From an uncultured Rickettsiales bacterium (GTDB lineage Bacteria; Pseudomonadota; Alphaproteobacteria; Rickettsiales; CAZAGG01), in contig CAZAGG010000001.1 in the NCBI GenBank assembly GCA_964484565.1, positions 107,548 through 171,547 on the forward strand: a stretch of 64,000 nt of DNA, in the 5' to 3' direction. The notes under the pieces are model-generated. The model made no database searches. It worked only from the letters and a program-made list of their open reading frames with translations, and was not told the origin of the DNA. The position numbers and the translations under genes are program-made. Shown here in pieces: positions 1-9,446 of the stretch (positions are counted from its first letter, which is position 1; each line of letters opens with the position of its first letter).

Positions 1-413
1 TTGATGCAATTGAAATAATTGAATCTGTTGATTTAATCGCAGTTTTAAAAAGCGAGAAAGACCTTCTATCTGTAAATCCACGCTTAGATATGATTGAGAG
101 GTTAAATTATCGCGGATTAGTAATTACATCTATATCAGAGATTAATAATATTGATTTTGTCTCAAGAGCTTTCTTTCCAAATCTTGGTATCAAGGAAGAC
201 CCAGTAACTGGCTCAGCTCACTGTGCATTAGCACCGTACTGGAACAAAAAGCTAACTAAAAACGAATTATTTGCTTATCAATATTCAAAATCTTCCAGTA
301 AATTGCCCGTAAGAGTTGGCGAGTTGCGTTGCAGAACGTCTGAAAAAGATGATAGAGTTTTTATATCTGGCGAAGCTCGGCTTTATATGGAAGGAAAGTG
401 CTTTATAGAATGA
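1..413 (+). CDS. PhzF-family isomerase-like protein, C-terminal part (5' end lies outside the window)
   Basis: Frame 3 is open from base 3 to the TGA at 411-413. The C-terminal sequence DPVTGSAHCALAPYWNKKL resembles the conserved PhzF/YddE-type region. The stop overlaps the pdxJ start (ATGA). Confidence 0.6.
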   Translation, partial: DAIEIIESVDLIAVLKSEKDLLSVNPRLDMIERLNYRGLVITSISEINNIDFVSRAFFPNLGIKEDPVTGSAHCALAPYWNKKLTKNELFAYQYSKSSSKLPVRVGELRCRTSEKDDRVFISGEARLYMEGKCFIE

Positions 414-1138
414 ATAGACGCATCATTAGACTCGGAGTCAATATTGACCATGTGGCAACCATACGAAATGCTCGCGGAGGTTTTCATCCAGATGTTTTAA
501 GGGCTGCAAAACTTGCCGAAGAAGCAGGTGCCGATGGAATCACAATCCATTGCAGAGAAGATAGGCGACATATTAAAGAAAGCGATGTATTCAACATCAA
601 GAAAGAGATTAAACTTCCTCTTAATCTAGAAATTGCAGCAACTAAAGAAATGCAAGAAATTGCAATCAATGCACTTCCCAATGCCTGTTGCATTGTACCC
701 GAAAAGCGAGAAGAGCTAACTACAGAGGGTGGCCTTGATGTATATTCAAGCGTAAAACCACTGAGTGAATACATAAAACCACTTAAAGAATGTGGCATTA
801 GAATTTCTCTTTTTATCGATGCTGACAAAAAACAAATTGATTCTGCAACTCAATGTGGTGCAGACATTATAGAAATTCATACAGGAAAATACAGTGAGGA
901 ATTTCCTTCAAATCATCAAAGAGAGCTTGAAAGAATTATCAAGGCCGCTGAATATGCCGAAAGCGTCGGTCTAGAAGTTCACGCAGGGCACGGCCTAAAC
1001 TATGAAAATGTTGTTGCAATTGCAAGAATCCCTCAAATTATAGAGCTAAATATTGGGCATTTTTTAATCGGTGAGGCAATTTTTTGCGGACTGAGCGAGA
1101 GCATTAAAAAAATGCGTGATATAATCAGAGCAGTGTAA
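410..1138 (+). CDS. pdxJ: Pyridoxine 5'-phosphate synthase
   Basis: The N-terminus RLGVNIDHVATIRNARGG and later EIHTGKY and HAGHGLNY are classic PdxJ motifs. I chose the ATG at 410 (MNRRIIRLGVN) rather than the track start at 398. Confidence 0.9.
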   Translation: MNRRIIRLGVNIDHVATIRNARGGFHPDVLRAAKLAEEAGADGITIHCREDRRHIKESDVFNIKKEIKLPLNLEIAATKEMQEIAINALPNACCIVPEKREELTTEGGLDVYSSVKPLSEYIKPLKECGIRISLFIDADKKQIDSATQCGADIIEIHTGKYSEEFPSNHQRELERIIKAAEYAESVGLEVHAGHGLNYENVVAIARIPQIIELNIGHFLIGEAIFCGLSESIKKMRDIIRAV

Positions 1139-1172
1139 TAGAATCTTTCTATAACATCTAACAAAAGCAATT

Positions 1173-2129
1173 ATGAAAAACTTGAAAATCATATTCACTT
1201 ACATCTTATCTCTGCCACGCCAATTTTGGGTTGGCCTATCTGGCTTCATGGCAGCCGTAATGCTTTTATATTACCCGATTGGAATGCTAATTGTGCACAA
1301 GGTAGATGATGATCTTAGTTTTATGGCAAATACTGCACCGAATCCTAGAGAAAGCAAAGCTGTTGCAGTTATTGCAAGCCTAGTTGATAGAGAAGTGAGT
1401 CAAAATTCGTGGACTCCAAACGATCCATTTTTTCTTCCAGGTGCAATGCTTGATAGAATGCCATCTTTTCAAAGAGGAATCATAGCGGCATCTTCACGTT
1501 TTACACTGGAATTAAGAGATGAAATAGCTAGAACTAGGGGGTCTAGCCAAGCTGATAACGATCTCGAATCCGCTGCGAGTCTTTTGAGTTATTCGCCAAA
1601 TGTTTGGCTTTTTAACTTTGATGTTTCCATCTTCCCGACAACTTCTTCTGATAAGCAATATAGATCAGCCGTTAAGGCTTTGCAAAACTATAACAAACGT
1701 CTTACTGAGGGCACAGCAATTTTTGAGACAAGAGCCGATAACCTTCAGCAAGCACTAGATAGAATTGCTCTTGATATTGGTTCTTCATCAGCTTCAATAG
1801 ATAACTATATCTCAACTAGATCATCTGAGTTTATTAATACTGATGCAGATGAGTTGTATTATAACGTTAAAGGCAGAATGTATGCCTATTACTTAATCTT
1901 GCGCGAGTTAGAAAAAGATTTTGCAGTTGTGATAAAAGAAAAGGATGCCTCAAACGCATGGGCACAGATGCTTTCAAGTTTTGCAGAAGCTGCAAGTATT
2001 AGTCATTTCTTTGTTTTTAACGGTGATCCACATGGATCAATTGTTCCAAATCACCTTGCAACACAAGGCTTTTATCTCATGAGAGCAAGAACTCAGCTTA
2101 GAGAAATAACTAACATATTGCAAAAATGA
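1173..2129 (+). CDS. Membrane-anchored DUF2333-like protein
   Basis: 318-aa ORF with one N-terminal TM helix. The segment WTPNDPFFLPGAMLDRMPSFQRGI matches my recollection of the DUF2333 (COG5345) family. The stop overlaps the next ORF (ATGA at 2126). Confidence 0.5.
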   Translation: MKNLKIIFTYILSLPRQFWVGLSGFMAAVMLLYYPIGMLIVHKVDDDLSFMANTAPNPRESKAVAVIASLVDREVSQNSWTPNDPFFLPGAMLDRMPSFQRGIIAASSRFTLELRDEIARTRGSSQADNDLESAASLLSYSPNVWLFNFDVSIFPTTSSDKQYRSAVKALQNYNKRLTEGTAIFETRADNLQQALDRIALDIGSSSASIDNYISTRSSEFINTDADELYYNVKGRMYAYYLILRELEKDFAVVIKEKDASNAWAQMLSSFAEAASISHFFVFNGDPHGSIVPNHLATQGFYLMRARTQLREITNILQK

Positions 2130-3019
2130 ATTCACAGAAAGCTGCAATCTTAAAATTCATAGATTCAGTTTATCAAGAGATACTGGAAATTGAAAACTAC
2201 TGGCAAATGCAAGTTGGTGGGAATGACCTTCGCGCACCAATAGAATACTTTCAAGATGCCGTTAGAGCTTATATAGGCGATACAAGCCCTGAACGACTAT
2301 CAGTTCCAATAATATCCTATGATTTAAAGAGATTAAGGGAATATACCGACTGGGTTGGCACAGGGGCGCACGTTTTCGATAAAAAGCAAGTTGGTTCTGC
2401 GGTTGATAAGTCTGCATCTCCTAAAGCTCAGGCGAACGCTCTTGTTAAAGCTAACAAAAAATCTACAGGTGCAGAATTACAACGTAAGAAAAGTGATTCA
2501 AGACAGCTATATAGTTTATATGGAACTTACACTCTTTTATTCGCCGCACTCTTACAAGAAGCTGTTGATATAAACTATCGTGAGAAGGTAGCAGAAATAA
2601 ACCAGTTTGTTTCTGATGCATCTGAATTACAAGAAATTTTAAAAGAAATTCTTGCAGAAGGTGAGATAGATATAGCAGAGCTAAAAGAAGTTCTTGAACA
2701 CACTCCAAACGATGACTTAAAAGAATCTATTCTTCAATATCTTGTGCAGATGGCGGAACGAGATAAAAAAGATCAAAAAGAAGAGATAGTTGCTTCAATC
2801 ATAAAAGAGTTGGAAAAGCTATCCAAAAACCGCGATATGGAGATGGATGCCGTTGAAAAAGCACACTTCAATTTTCTTGCAGGCCAGCTTATGGTATATC
2901 AAAACTCGCAAGACCTTGTAAAATCAATGGCTGCTAAAGGCTTGAATATAGCAGGAAGGTTTGTTGCAACCGAATCAGGCAGAGACATGGGCAAAGGCTC
3001 AGGAAAAGGCAGATTTTAG
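2126..3019 (+). CDS. Hypothetical helical/coiled-coil protein, translationally coupled to the DUF2333-like gene
   Basis: 297-aa ORF with a 4-bp start/stop overlap with the upstream gene. The C-terminal half is Glu/Lys-rich. I recognise no family. Confidence 0.5.
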   Translation: MNSQKAAILKFIDSVYQEILEIENYWQMQVGGNDLRAPIEYFQDAVRAYIGDTSPERLSVPIISYDLKRLREYTDWVGTGAHVFDKKQVGSAVDKSASPKAQANALVKANKKSTGAELQRKKSDSRQLYSLYGTYTLLFAALLQEAVDINYREKVAEINQFVSDASELQEILKEILAEGEIDIAELKEVLEHTPNDDLKESILQYLVQMAERDKKDQKEEIVASIIKELEKLSKNRDMEMDAVEKAHFNFLAGQLMVYQNSQDLVKSMAAKGLNIAGRFVATESGRDMGKGSGKGRF

Positions 3020-3030
3020 GATTCTGTTAA

Positions 3031-3075
3031 GCACTGTTAGCTAATTATTTGAGACAAATAATTAGCTAACAGTGC
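3031..3075. terminator. Perfect 21-bp-stem / 3-nt-loop palindrome between convergent genes (bidirectional terminator candidate; member of a repeat family)
   Basis: GCACTGTTAGCTAATTATTTG-AGA-CAAATAATTAGCTAACAGTGC read directly. It lies between the stop at 3019 (+) and the hemF stop at 3085 (-). Half-copies occur at 23253 and 61681. Confidence 0.6.
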
Positions 3076-3084
3076 CTAATCATC

Positions 3085-3927
3085 CTACCAAGCCGCAAGG
3101 GGTGGTAACGACATTAAAATAGCATCAACGTTGCCATCTGTCATTAAGCCAAATCTAGTTCCCCTATCATAAACCAAATTAAATTCAACATATCTGCCGC
3201 GTTTGATTAGCTGCTTTTGCTTATGAGATTCATCATAAGATGAATACATCCTTCTACGTACTAACTTTGGATATATTATGTGAAAGGCCATTCCAACATC
3301 TTGAGTAAAATTAAAGTCTTCTTCCCAATTGCCTGTATTCAAATAGTCATAGAAAATTCCGCCAACACCTCGTGCTTCGTTTCTATGCTTAATAAAGAAG
3401 TATTCGTCACACCACTTTTTAAATTTTGAATAATATTCTGAATTATGTTTATCGCACGCACTTTTAAATTCATTATGAAAATCAGCGGTATCTTCATCAA
3501 ACTCAAAAGTGGGGGTTAAATCACCTCCTCCGCCGAACCATTGTTTTTTATCTCCACCCAACACAATCATACGAGTATTAAAATGAGCCGATGGCACAAG
3601 GGGATTTTTAGAGTGAGCAACTAACGAAATTCCACTTGCCCAAAAGGTTGGATTTTCTTCGGCGTTAGGAATTTCTTTTCTAAATTTTTCGTCAAATTCA
3701 CCAAATACAGTCGAGATATTAACACCAACCTTTTCAAAAACCTGCCCTTCCATGATGGACATCTCTCCACCACCGCCCTTTTCTCGATCCCATGCAGTCC
3801 TTTCAAACTTGCCTGCTTTGCCACCAGACTTGGTCGCATATTCGCTTTCAACTAATTCATATTCTGCACATATCTTATCTCTCAGCTCTCTAAACCACTG
3901 AGATGCTTTTTCTTTCTTAATTTCCAT
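3085..3927 (-). CDS. hemF: Oxygen-dependent coproporphyrinogen III oxidase
   Basis: WFGGGGDLTP ... KKWCDEYFFIKHRNEARGVGGIFYDYL closely parallels the HemF signature region. 280 aa. Confidence 0.9.
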   Translation of the reverse strand: MEIKKEKASQWFRELRDKICAEYELVESEYATKSGGKAGKFERTAWDREKGGGGEMSIMEGQVFEKVGVNISTVFGEFDEKFRKEIPNAEENPTFWASGISLVAHSKNPLVPSAHFNTRMIVLGGDKKQWFGGGGDLTPTFEFDEDTADFHNEFKSACDKHNSEYYSKFKKWCDEYFFIKHRNEARGVGGIFYDYLNTGNWEEDFNFTQDVGMAFHIIYPKLVRRRMYSSYDESHKQKQLIKRGRYVEFNLVYDRGTRFGLMTDGNVDAILMSLPPLAAW

Positions 3928-3932
3928 AATAC

Positions 3933-4457
3933 CTATTCTTTAGATTTAAATGACATTCTCTCAAGCAAATTAACCTTGTGCGCCTTCTTATGAATAACCA
4001 CAGCTAAGATATGAAGAGCTAAAAGAACTGCGAATATAATTCCGACTATTTCATGAACCTCATGAGCTATTTCATATATAAAGTCATTTTTTTCAGTCAC
4101 TTTGGGTAAATCAATTCCAAAAAAAGCAACTCCGTAGCCTTTACCATTAGACATCAAATAGCCACTTACAGGCATTGTAATCATGAATACATAAAAAACA
4201 ATATGAGTGAGTTTTGCAACTTTTTGCTGTAAAGCGGCAATTGACTCTGGCAAAGCAACTGGCGCGGAAGTGAGCTTCACATATAGCCTTACAAAGAACA
4301 ATCCTAGGATTAATACACCAAAAGACTTGTGTATATCATAGGCTGTAAATTTAAATGGCTCAGGAAAATCTTCCATAATGAAACCACTGATTATTAAGCA
4401 AATGATAATTGCTCCCATTATCCAGTGTAGTGCTACTTGTTTTGTGTTATATTTCAT
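3933..4457 (-). CDS. Cytochrome b561 family protein
   Basis: 174 aa with four predicted TM helices and conserved His positions (ALHW..., HKSFG, HEVHEIVG, HILAVVIH), typical of CybB-type b561. Confidence 0.75.
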   Translation of the reverse strand: MKYNTKQVALHWIMGAIIICLIISGFIMEDFPEPFKFTAYDIHKSFGVLILGLFFVRLYVKLTSAPVALPESIAALQQKVAKLTHIVFYVFMITMPVSGYLMSNGKGYGVAFFGIDLPKVTEKNDFIYEIAHEVHEIVGIIFAVLLALHILAVVIHKKAHKVNLLERMSFKSKE

Positions 4458-5500
4458 TGTGGAATTAACCTCCTGATTTCTTTTTCTATTATTGATTCAA
4501 CCATTTTTGGTAGATTTTCATCCATCCACTCTTTGATGACAGGCTTAATTGCCTCAATAACTAAATCTTCAACTGTTGTTCCAGATCTAAAACTCATTGA
4601 AGGAGAAATAACTCTTTCAACTGTTTGCTGTGCCTGCTGTTCAGATATTTTCTTAATAAAACTATCTATCATAGCCGATGTCGCACTTGCAGTCTCATTG
4701 GAAATTATCTCTTCTGAATCAATATGTTGATTTGTTTCTGTTGGCTCATCGTTAGTCATATCTTGCCCTGATTGCATATCATAGTTCTCTTCGATACCAT
4801 TTGCGAGAGATTCTTGTTGATGAATTTCTTCTTCAATATTTGGAACTTCATTTTCAGGTTCCAAATCCACAGCCTGCTCTGTATTTTCGACTATTTCCTC
4901 TTCTTGCGCCATTTCCTGAATATCATCTTTTAATGGCTCTTCTAAAACCTCTTGCAGATGTTCTTCAAAGTTATCTGATGATGAAGCATCTATAGCTTCT
5001 TCTAAGCCTTCATTAGGCTCATTATTAACTACATCCTGCAACTCTATTTCTTCTTCAACTTGTTCATCTTCGATAGAATTGGTTAGCTCAATTTCATCTA
5101 TCGGTTCTTGCTGATCTTCATTTTCTGGATTGACTTCAATATCGCTTTGCTCATCGCCTATTATACTATCAATTGCAGATAAAATATCGTCATGGCTTTC
5201 TGTCACCTGCTCTTCAGACAAGCTAAGAGAATCATCATCAATATCTATATTCTCAATTATTTCGGTTTCAGCCAGCTCTAGAATATCATCATCTTCTTCA
5301 CCTTGAGGGCTTACTTCCGTCTCTTCCGTCACTTCTTCAGAGGTAATTTCAGCATTTGGTGATTTCTTTTCGCGACCAGTTGCATCTTCTCCTTCGGAGT
5401 CTTGAGGCTCATCATCTGAAATAATGCGTTTAATGGACTGCAAAATCTCCTGCATTGAAGGATCATTATCATCCAGTTTCTGTTTGTCGGCTTCAGCCAT
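4454..5500 (-). CDS. popZ: PopZ-like pole-organizing protein (DUF2497) with a very long acidic linker
   Basis: N-terminal MQEILQSIKRIISDDE and C-terminal TVEDLVIEAIKPVIKEWMDENLPKMVESIIEKEIRRL match the two conserved PopZ/DUF2497 ends. About 250 aa of Glu/Asp-rich linker lies between them. Confidence 0.65.
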   Translation of the reverse strand: MAEADKQKLDDNDPSMQEILQSIKRIISDDEPQDSEGEDATGREKKSPNAEITSEEVTEETEVSPQGEEDDDILELAETEIIENIDIDDDSLSLSEEQVTESHDDILSAIDSIIGDEQSDIEVNPENEDQQEPIDEIELTNSIEDEQVEEEIELQDVVNNEPNEGLEEAIDASSSDNFEEHLQEVLEEPLKDDIQEMAQEEEIVENTEQAVDLEPENEVPNIEEEIHQQESLANGIEENYDMQSGQDMTNDEPTETNQHIDSEEIISNETASATSAMIDSFIKKISEQQAQQTVERVISPSMSFRSGTTVEDLVIEAIKPVIKEWMDENLPKMVESIIEKEIRRLIPQ

Positions 5501-5558
5501 GCCTTACAGGTGCTCCCTTCCTGTTATTATTCAGGATGATAAGAGCAGTTTAGTTAGG

Positions 5559-6896
5559 CTACAGCCCTATCATCTGATATTTTACCTTGTTATAATTTTC
5601 TTTCGGGTCATAAATGTCAACACTTATGCCGAGTTTATCCATAGATAGTTCACCCATTGCTGATTTTAGTGCAAAAAGTGCAACAATTTCTTCTCTTTCT
5701 GCCCTTACTAATTCAACCTGAGTTCTGAATAACTCTTGCTGGGCATCTAAAATATCTAAAGTTGTCCGTGTTCCGAATTCGGCTTCTAGCTTAACTCCCT
5801 CTAGTGCCATTTCAGCCGCTGCAATTGCCTCTTTGATAGACTTTATACTCGCCTTAGCAGTATTCAGTCTTTCCCATGATTGAGTGACTGTTTGCCTAAT
5901 TTGATCAATTGAAGCATCTCTTTCATATTTTCTGCGTTCCGCTGTTCTTTTTGCCTGACGAATGCGAGAATACTCGGCACCCGATTGATAAAGCGGAATG
6001 GATACATCAAGTGTAACTGATTCTTCATCTATAGAGCCACCTCTGAAGCTATTAAGCCCATCTTGATCTGATTTTCTGGCTACAACCCTAACATCAGGAA
6101 GAAGCTCGGCAGCATTCGCATAAATATCTTTATCAGCAGATTTTTGCAGATAAAAGCTCGCCTTAAACTGTGGATTATTATCATATGCAATGTTGATTAT
6201 TTCATCAAACACTGAAGGAACAATCGGCAGAGTTGTTGGCTTTTTAAGTTGTCCCGCTGGCATCTTTATCACTTTTTCAAAAAACGCTTTTGATGATTCT
6301 AAATTACCTTGCGCCCTTATGTTTTCAGCCACAGACGATGAATATCTCGCGTTAGCCTGTGCAACATCTGTTTTGGTTAACTCTCCCACATCAAATCTTT
6401 CTTGAGTCATATCAAGTCTTTTCTTGAGAACATCCAAATTGCTTTTAGTAAGCTCAACTATCGCCTGATCTCTCACAACATCCATATATGCTGTAACTGC
6501 ATCTAAAAGAGTGTTTTGCTCTGTATTTCTTAATCCTTCTCTGGCAGATTTAACCTGATTTCTTGCGCTCTGAACCCTAGCAACAGTTGAACCACCATTA
6601 AAAATTGGCTGGGTAATGGTAACTCCATTTGTCTTTGGATAGGTTGTGTCTTCAGCCCTAGAACCGTATTTAGTAGTATCTTTTGCTTTGGTATAATTAT
6701 AGGTTGCAGATGGCATAAAGCCAGAAAACGCCTGAGGCACTCTTTCATCGATAGAAGCCATGTTTTCTCTCTCAGCATTGAGAGTCGAGTTATTAAGATA
6801 CGCAGATTTAAGAGCATCTTCAAAAGATTGTGCCCTAACCTCTAACGGGCTATATAACAATAGAGAAAAACATACCAAAGCTATAGTTCTAAACAT
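5559..6896 (-). CDS. tolC: TolC-family outer membrane efflux/secretion channel
   Basis: 445 aa with a signal peptide and duplicated OEP repeats (LLDAVTAYMDVVRDQ, ILDAQQELFRTQVELVRAERE). Confidence 0.85.
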   Translation of the reverse strand: MFRTIALVCFSLLLYSPLEVRAQSFEDALKSAYLNNSTLNAERENMASIDERVPQAFSGFMPSATYNYTKAKDTTKYGSRAEDTTYPKTNGVTITQPIFNGGSTVARVQSARNQVKSAREGLRNTEQNTLLDAVTAYMDVVRDQAIVELTKSNLDVLKKRLDMTQERFDVGELTKTDVAQANARYSSSVAENIRAQGNLESSKAFFEKVIKMPAGQLKKPTTLPIVPSVFDEIINIAYDNNPQFKASFYLQKSADKDIYANAAELLPDVRVVARKSDQDGLNSFRGGSIDEESVTLDVSIPLYQSGAEYSRIRQAKRTAERRKYERDASIDQIRQTVTQSWERLNTAKASIKSIKEAIAAAEMALEGVKLEAEFGTRTTLDILDAQQELFRTQVELVRAEREEIVALFALKSAMGELSMDKLGISVDIYDPKENYNKVKYQMIGL

Positions 6897-6995
6897 CTCA
6901 AACTTTCTTTTTTCAAACTAAAATCATAATTATGAATTCTTAAACCACTAAAAAATTAAAAAAGAATTATCTCCAAAAAGCATCTGTTGATAAGT

Positions 6996-7715
6996 TTACA
7001 GCTTAAACTCTGGCTTTTTGATAAATTCTGGCAGTGGTTTAATGTGATTATCGAATAAAATGTATTCAGCGTGGTTGTCGCCTTCTAACCTGCTATACAT
7101 TCTTGCTGTGCTAACATTATTCGAGCGCATTGATGTAATCAGCCTTCCACCAGATTTTAAGAGATCAAATACTGAATCAGGAATAAAATCAACAGATCCC
7201 ATTATAAATACAACATCAAATGGAGATTTCTTGATTAAATCGTTGCCGTTTAAATCATTTAATAAGGTTATATTCTTGTAAACAGATAGATTATTCTTTG
7301 CTTGAGAATATAAGTTTTGATTTGTTTCAACGGCCATAACCCTATTTGCAAGACGAGCAAGTATTGCGGTTGAATAACCAGTTGCAGAGCCAATTTCTAA
7401 AATATTATCTGTCTTTTTTATCTCAGCAGCCATAATAAGCCTACCAAGTGCAACTGGGTTCATCAAAAATCTATCTTTCTCTAGCTTTACATCCTCATCG
7501 AGATAAGCAGTTGAGTAGAAAATTTCTGGAACGAACTCTTCCCTCGCCACTTCATCCATCGCAGAAAGAATATTGGCATCGTTAATGTTAGCAGGCATCA
7601 GTTGGCCTAAAACCATATTCCTGCGCGCAACTGCCAACTTGTTTTTTATATCAACTGAATCATTTGATTTTACATCAGATATTTTATTGCTCTTCGTCTT
7701 TGTTTGTGCCGCCAT
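6996..7715 (-). CDS. pcm: Protein-L-isoaspartate O-methyltransferase family protein
   Basis: SAM-binding motif ILEIGSATGYSTAIL. The position next to tolC is common in alphaproteobacteria. Confidence 0.75.
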   Translation of the reverse strand: MAAQTKTKSNKISDVKSNDSVDIKNKLAVARRNMVLGQLMPANINDANILSAMDEVAREEFVPEIFYSTAYLDEDVKLEKDRFLMNPVALGRLIMAAEIKKTDNILEIGSATGYSTAILARLANRVMAVETNQNLYSQAKNNLSVYKNITLLNDLNGNDLIKKSPFDVVFIMGSVDFIPDSVFDLLKSGGRLITSMRSNNVSTARMYSRLEGDNHAEYILFDNHIKPLPEFIKKPEFKL

Positions 7716-7828
7716 TTTGCTTATATTTTCTAGTTGTTATATTTTTTATCTATATAACACCCCTAACGCTTGACGTCTATAAAATTAGGGAATAAAACAT
7801 CCACACGTTTGGTAGTTTTTTTGTTAAT

Positions 7829-7903
7829 GGCTGGGTAGCAAAGTGGTAATGCAGAGGTCTGCAAAATCTCTATGCGGCGGTTCGATTCCGCCCCCGGCCT
7901 CCA
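7829..7903 (+). tRNA. tRNA-Cys (anticodon GCA), CCA encoded
   Basis: Hand-folded cloverleaf. Acceptor GGCTGGG/CCCGGCC, anticodon stem GAGGT/ATCTC with loop CTGCAAA, T-arm CGGCG-GTTCGATTC-CGCCC, 3' TCCA. Confidence 0.9.
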
Positions 7904-7917
7904 AAAACCAAATGCTT

Positions 7918-9429
7918 TTAAAACAGAACCTTTCCAGTCATTTGATCTGGTTTTGATAATTCCATTAGTTTTAATATTGTTGGTGCGATGTCGGCTAAGA
8001 CGCCATCTTGCAAATTAGTTTTGCTTTTATCAAATTCTTCTCCAATCAACACAAATGGAACCTTATTTAACGTATGCGCTGTGTGCGGCTGTTTCGTTTC
8101 TTCATCCATCATTGTTTCAGCGTTACCATGATCTGCGGATATAATCATTGAGGCACCTGACTTTATTACAGCATCGAAGACCTTTCCTACACATTCATCT
8201 ACCGCTTCAACTGCCTTTATGGCAGCAGAAACATCGCCCGAATGGCCAACCATATCTGTGTTGGCATAGTTGACTACGATTAATCCATAATTTTTAGAAT
8301 TGATTGCTTCCACTAATTTTTCTGTAAGTTCTGGAGCTGACATTTCAGGCTTTAAGTCATAAGTTGCAACTTTTGGTGAAGGAATCATGATTCGCTCTTC
8401 ACCTGAGAAAACATCTTCATATCCCCCATTAAAGAAATATGTAACATGTGGATATTTCTCAGTTTCAGCAATTCTGAGCTGTTTTATTCCTGCTTTTGAC
8501 ACAACCTCTCCAAGCGTCATTTTAACTTCTTCAGCAGGAAAAACTGCGGGAATCTTTTTTGACAACTCGGAAGAATACTCAACCATTCCAACAACTTGAT
8601 TAACTTTTGGCATATCTCCACGCGAAAAATATGCGAAATTATCTTCTGTAAGTGCAGTTAGAATTTGCCTTGCCCTATCTGCCCTAAAATTTATCATGAT
8701 AACTGAATCACCATCTTTCAAACCTGCGTAATTGCCGATTATGCATGGCTTTACAAACTCATCCGTTATAGAATCAGTGTAGGCTTTTCTAATCGCCTCA
8801 TCAGCCGAATTATATATATCTCCAGATGCATGAATGATTGCATTGAACGCTGGTTCAACCCTTTCCCATCTTTTATCTCTATCCATCGCATAGTATCTGC
8901 CGCTTATCGTTGCAATGAAGTCTCTTGATTCAAAACGCTCGAGATATTGCAGAGCACTTTTCGGTGGAGTATCTCGACCGTCTAAAAAAGCGTGCACTTT
9001 CACATCAAGGCCAGAATCTAAGCAAACTTTGGCAATATAATCCATATGTCTTTGGTGGGAATGCACTCCTCCATCTGATAATAGACCTATGATGTGAACC
9101 GCATTTTTAGACTCTTTCGTCTTCTTAATAAGCTCAACTAGGCTTTTATTATTTTTGAGAGAGCCATCATTTATTGCCTTATCGATTCTTGGTAGGTCTT
9201 GTAGAATCACCCTTCCCGCCCCGATATTCATGTGGCCAACTTCCGAATTACCCATCTGCCCCTCTGGGAGGCCAACATATAACTCTGAAGCATCAAGAAG
9301 ACTAGATGGATACTTTGCAAATATTGCATCAAGGTTTGGTGTTTTAGCTCTCGCTATTGCATTATACTCAATGCTGCTAGAGCACGAATGCCCCCAACCA
9401 TCTAATATACAAAGAACTACTGGTTTCAC
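7918..9429 (-). CDS. gpmI: 2,3-bisphosphoglycerate-independent phosphoglycerate mutase
   Basis: 503 aa. LCILDGWG, NSEVGHMNIGAGR and ADHGNAE motifs. Confidence 0.92.
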   Translation of the reverse strand: MKPVVLCILDGWGHSCSSSIEYNAIARAKTPNLDAIFAKYPSSLLDASELYVGLPEGQMGNSEVGHMNIGAGRVILQDLPRIDKAINDGSLKNNKSLVELIKKTKESKNAVHIIGLLSDGGVHSHQRHMDYIAKVCLDSGLDVKVHAFLDGRDTPPKSALQYLERFESRDFIATISGRYYAMDRDKRWERVEPAFNAIIHASGDIYNSADEAIRKAYTDSITDEFVKPCIIGNYAGLKDGDSVIMINFRADRARQILTALTEDNFAYFSRGDMPKVNQVVGMVEYSSELSKKIPAVFPAEEVKMTLGEVVSKAGIKQLRIAETEKYPHVTYFFNGGYEDVFSGEERIMIPSPKVATYDLKPEMSAPELTEKLVEAINSKNYGLIVVNYANTDMVGHSGDVSAAIKAVEAVDECVGKVFDAVIKSGASMIISADHGNAETMMDEETKQPHTAHTLNKVPFVLIGEEFDKSKTNLQDGVLADIAPTILKLMELSKPDQMTGKVLF

Positions 9430-9446
9430 TTTATAAAAAACACTAT

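Noticed and set aside
484-828. 114-aa antisense ORF inside pdxJ. The same kind of embedded or antisense ORF occurs at 2355-2708, 3621-3851, 6190-6823, 7060-7281, 8387-8599, 9155-9436, 12700-12882, 15354-15626, 17136-17360, 18808-19105 and 20248-20689.
   Set aside because: Each lies wholly within, or antisense to, a gene with strong family motifs. None has a recognisable motif or RBS. They are most simply explained as chance ORFs.
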